A DNA stretch of 64,000 nt from Piromyces finnis finn (taxonomy: Eukaryota; Fungi; Neocallimastigomycota). Position numbers and translations under genes: made by a program. The DNA lies in NCBI GenBank assembly GCA_002104945.1, contig MCFH01000008.1, forward strand, positions 806,001-870,000, in the 5' to 3' direction. Position 1 is the first letter of the stretch; the number at the start of each line of letters is the position of its first letter. Below are positions 60,601 to 64,000 of this stretch, piece by piece. Under the pieces are notes generated by a model that made no database searches, had not been told where the DNA came from, and saw only the letters and a program-made list of their open reading frames with translations.

Positions 60601-63600
60601 TTCGTTTGCCTGAATTTGTGGATCAATCTTTTCATCTTTATATTTTTCAAGTTCGGAGTATATTATTGAAAATAACGAAATGTATTCACGACTTTCACCC
60701 ATAAAGTTTAATAATATGGTTAAATCATTTTCTATGGATGACTTTTCTTCGGTTAATAGATCAACGGAGTTTCTTTTCTTTTTATCATCTTCAATACCAT
60801 TTTTTTTATTAATATTTGAAGCTCTACCCTTTGTAAGCTTTTTAGCTAAAACAATAATATCTTGAAGGATTGATTTGTATGTTGAATATGATACTGTCTT
60901 TTTTGCCTTACGAGGTGCACTATATCTGTTTTCAACAATATTTATTTAATCATATATTTTAATATATTATATCAAAAAATCAAATTAACTATATATATTA
61001 ATATTAAGAGTTTATTCTTACAAAAGATTAATTCTATTGGAGTATGCTTCATTCATCATATGCTTTGCTAATAAAGAGGTACCATGACCTTCAACACCCT
61101 CAATTATAATTAATTGTCCATTATTTATTTCATTATAGTTTTTAATAATATTGTGAAGCTTTTCAATTTCTTTTTGTCTACCAATTAATTCAATATCAAG
61201 AGATTCATGATTCTTTTTGTCTTTTACGTCAAGTTTATTATATGAGCTTCCAACTGGCGAGAAAAGTTTTATAGGTAAATCAGAAGTTTTTATTGTGATG
61301 GAACCTCTTTCTTCATATGTTACATTTTCTTTGGTTAATTTACATGTTTCTTCATCACAAATAATAGTACCATTTCTAGCTTTCATAACAATACCATCTA
61401 TAGTAAAATAATTATTAGCATTAATTTTTTACAGATTTTTTAAAAAATTAAATTTAATATATCAAATTTAAAATTACTTACTTGTAATTTTGTTCAAATT
61501 ACCATACTATTTAAGTTATAATAAATAAATATTGTAAATATTATATTTATATATATAAATTATTTAAGTATTATATACTTACAACTACATATTCCATATT
61601 TTTTTCGGAACCCTGTTTTTCATTTACAAAAAAAAAAAATAAATAAATAAATATACTAACATTATTTTAATATTTAAAGAAATTACCATTGTTCCAATCC
61701 ATCCATCTCCTGTAGAAATTGCAATTCTAATATTTTCTGTTATTCTCTTAGTATTATTAATTATTTCGAAAGCTACATCAATACCAATTTGGGCATCATT
61801 GTCATGTGAATATGGTGGTAAACCAAAATCAATAACAATGATAATACCATTTTCATCAAAATCAATGTGTCGTATAATACCTTCTTGATTAATTAAACTA
61901 CGATATATAGCATTAATAATTTCTTGAGCCATTGAAAAATCTGAAGGAGATGATATAACAACATTAGAAACTTTAACTAATAAAGTCGTTATTCTTCTCC
62001 ATTCACTAAATTGATCTATTTTTAGGTCATGATTAATTTTATATATTACATTTTCATGAACAAAATGTTTCCATTTATCGAAAACATTTCTGCTGACTTT
62101 AGCTAAGTCAATAGAAGGATTACTTTCATCATTTTCCACAGTTACATCTATACACAAATCGTCTTCGGAAATATATTTATCATAAAGTCTTACAATATTA
62201 ACTTCATTATTTTCAAGAATAACAGTACCTTTAATATGGTCTACGATATTTAATTGAGTAACATGAACAAAACGTGAGAGTGTTTTCATAGCGTTATAAG
62301 TAATAGCCAATTGACCTTTATTTTTTTAAATATATTTACAATTATAAATTTATTAATAATTGATATTAATTCTTAAAAAAAAAAAAATTATATTTTACCT
62401 GGCTTGGCCAAATCAAAAATTTTTTCTAACTTTGAAAGTGAATTTCCTTTTTAAATATTAAAAGAAAATCAAATAATTAGTAATTATTACAATAAACTAA
62501 ATTTATTTATTTCTAGTATTTTACCTGTAATGGAATAATTCCACTTATCTGGCGGACCTCCCAAAAATAAATGATATAAAGTGCCAGAACCGATAGCAAA
62601 TTTTAATAAAAAGGTTTCTTCAATAGGTTTATCATAGTCGGGAATTTTTATAGGATAATTATTTAATTCTCTTAGCATATCCAATGCACATTGGCATGCT
62701 CTTAGTATACTATATGCTTTTACATTTTCAAAATCTTCTGGTGTATCGCATTCAAGTTCTTGTTGACTATCAATTGACCATATAATAATAATTTTATCTA
62801 CTTTTGTAATAAATATAATATAATATTACATTGTCATTATTATTGTTAAGTTATTTTTTTATTATTTTAATATTTTTATTTACCTGAAAAACGAACTGTT
62901 TTGTATTATAAATTTTTAGTTTATATTAGAAATATATTATTATATTAGTATTTTTATTTTGAAAGTAACTAGTAATCAAACAATATTAAACTACACTATT
63001 ATTTAATTAGAAATTATTTTATCGGAAATTTTTTAACAGCTAAGTTTTCTAGTTTAAACTATTCTAGACTATTTATATTACATTTAATTTATTTTTATAT
63101 ATATTTATTTGTAATTTTCTTATCATTTATTTAAACTTTTATTTAAATACTAATATTAATTTTGAAAAATTTTATATTCATTACAAATAAATATAAGAAT
63201 TGCTACTTTTCTTATTTAATTGCATATATTATTAATGAAATTTTTATTATAAAATATTTAAATTACCTATATCTCCATTGTACTTCTTTATTGTTTTACA
63301 TAACTCACTATAATAAGAATTTAGTGTTTTTGAAAATATTTCCCAATTATCTTTTTCGATGCTTTCTATTTCATTTTTGATATTATCATACCCTTTATTT
63401 TAGATTGATAAAAAAATAAAATGAAAAAATAGATATATTAGTTTATTATAATTTCCATTAATTATTTAATTTAAATTTAACGTAAAATTGTTGTTCATTT
63501 TTTAATAATTTATTTATATTTATCAATGGAAATATAATTAATATATTTTATTTAATTATTTTGTTTATAAATTATTAAAGGAATATATATTAACCTGAAA

Positions 63601-63745
63601 CCTGAACTGACATAACTACTCCATAACATTCTATAAAATTTGGAACAAGTGATTCTTCTTTAGCATAGTAAAGAAACTCACGTAAATTAACAGGCAGAAA
63701 TGGTAATACCGTATTAAGTTCTTCCCTCTGAACATAATCTCCCAT
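57695..63745 (-). CDS. Soluble adenylyl cyclase (ADCY10)-like protein: two class III cyclase domains + STAND/AAA NTPase + helical repeats; catalytic residues degenerate
   Basis: Many exons. C1: GVVMSVQVS, YNGDIVRFS, LKFAIGSG. C2: SEWRRITTLL, FGLPPYSHDNDA, IAISTGDGWIG, GTIICDEET. NTPase: LIGRQKEI, EGVEGHGTS, LLLCIDQIQFMDFFSW, IYERTQG, FVSDMVQQAIY. Confidence 0.85.
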
Positions 63746-64000
63746 TTTTTATTATTATTATTATTATTATACAATATTATAAAATAAATAAAAAAATATC
63801 TATATTATAAAAATAATTACAACTTATAATGTCTATTAAACAATGCTTTTTTTATGTAATATATAAATATAATTATATTTTAATCTTCAATTTATATATC
63901 ACAAGAATTCAAAAAAAAAAAAAAAAAAAAAGATAAATTTATGTAATAATATGTATATAAAGAAGAATATAATAAATAATAAATTATAATAAGAATAAAA

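Overview
Extremely AT-rich, intron-rich eukaryotic DNA with fungal-type genes plus flagellar genes, most consistent with an anaerobic gut fungus (Neocallimastigomycota); the taxon is inferred, not proven. By manually joining GT-AG exons I can support about 16 protein-coding genes: a golgin-like coiled-coil protein (runs off the left edge), PEX19, PRP18, a LEUNIG-like LUFS+Q-rich+WD40 regulator, a 3-exon secreted protein with three 10-Cys repeats, dynactin p62, CFAP91, DTD1, GSK3, two tandem bacterial-type GTPase+DUF697-like genes, a PKA/PRKX catalytic subunit, RSPH3, YIPF1/2, CASP/Coy1 and an ADCY10-like cyclase-STAND-helical repeat protein. Highlights: the ADCY10-like protein appears catalytically dead in both its cyclase and P-loop modules; cAMP and axoneme genes co-occur; the GTPase pair looks horizontally acquired and each copy has one private intron; the Cys-rich protein has one repeat per exon; a perfect 38-bp palindrome lies just upstream of PEX19. 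No RNA genes, intact mobile elements or CRISPR arrays were seen. All alignments were done by eye and from memory of the families; no searches were run.
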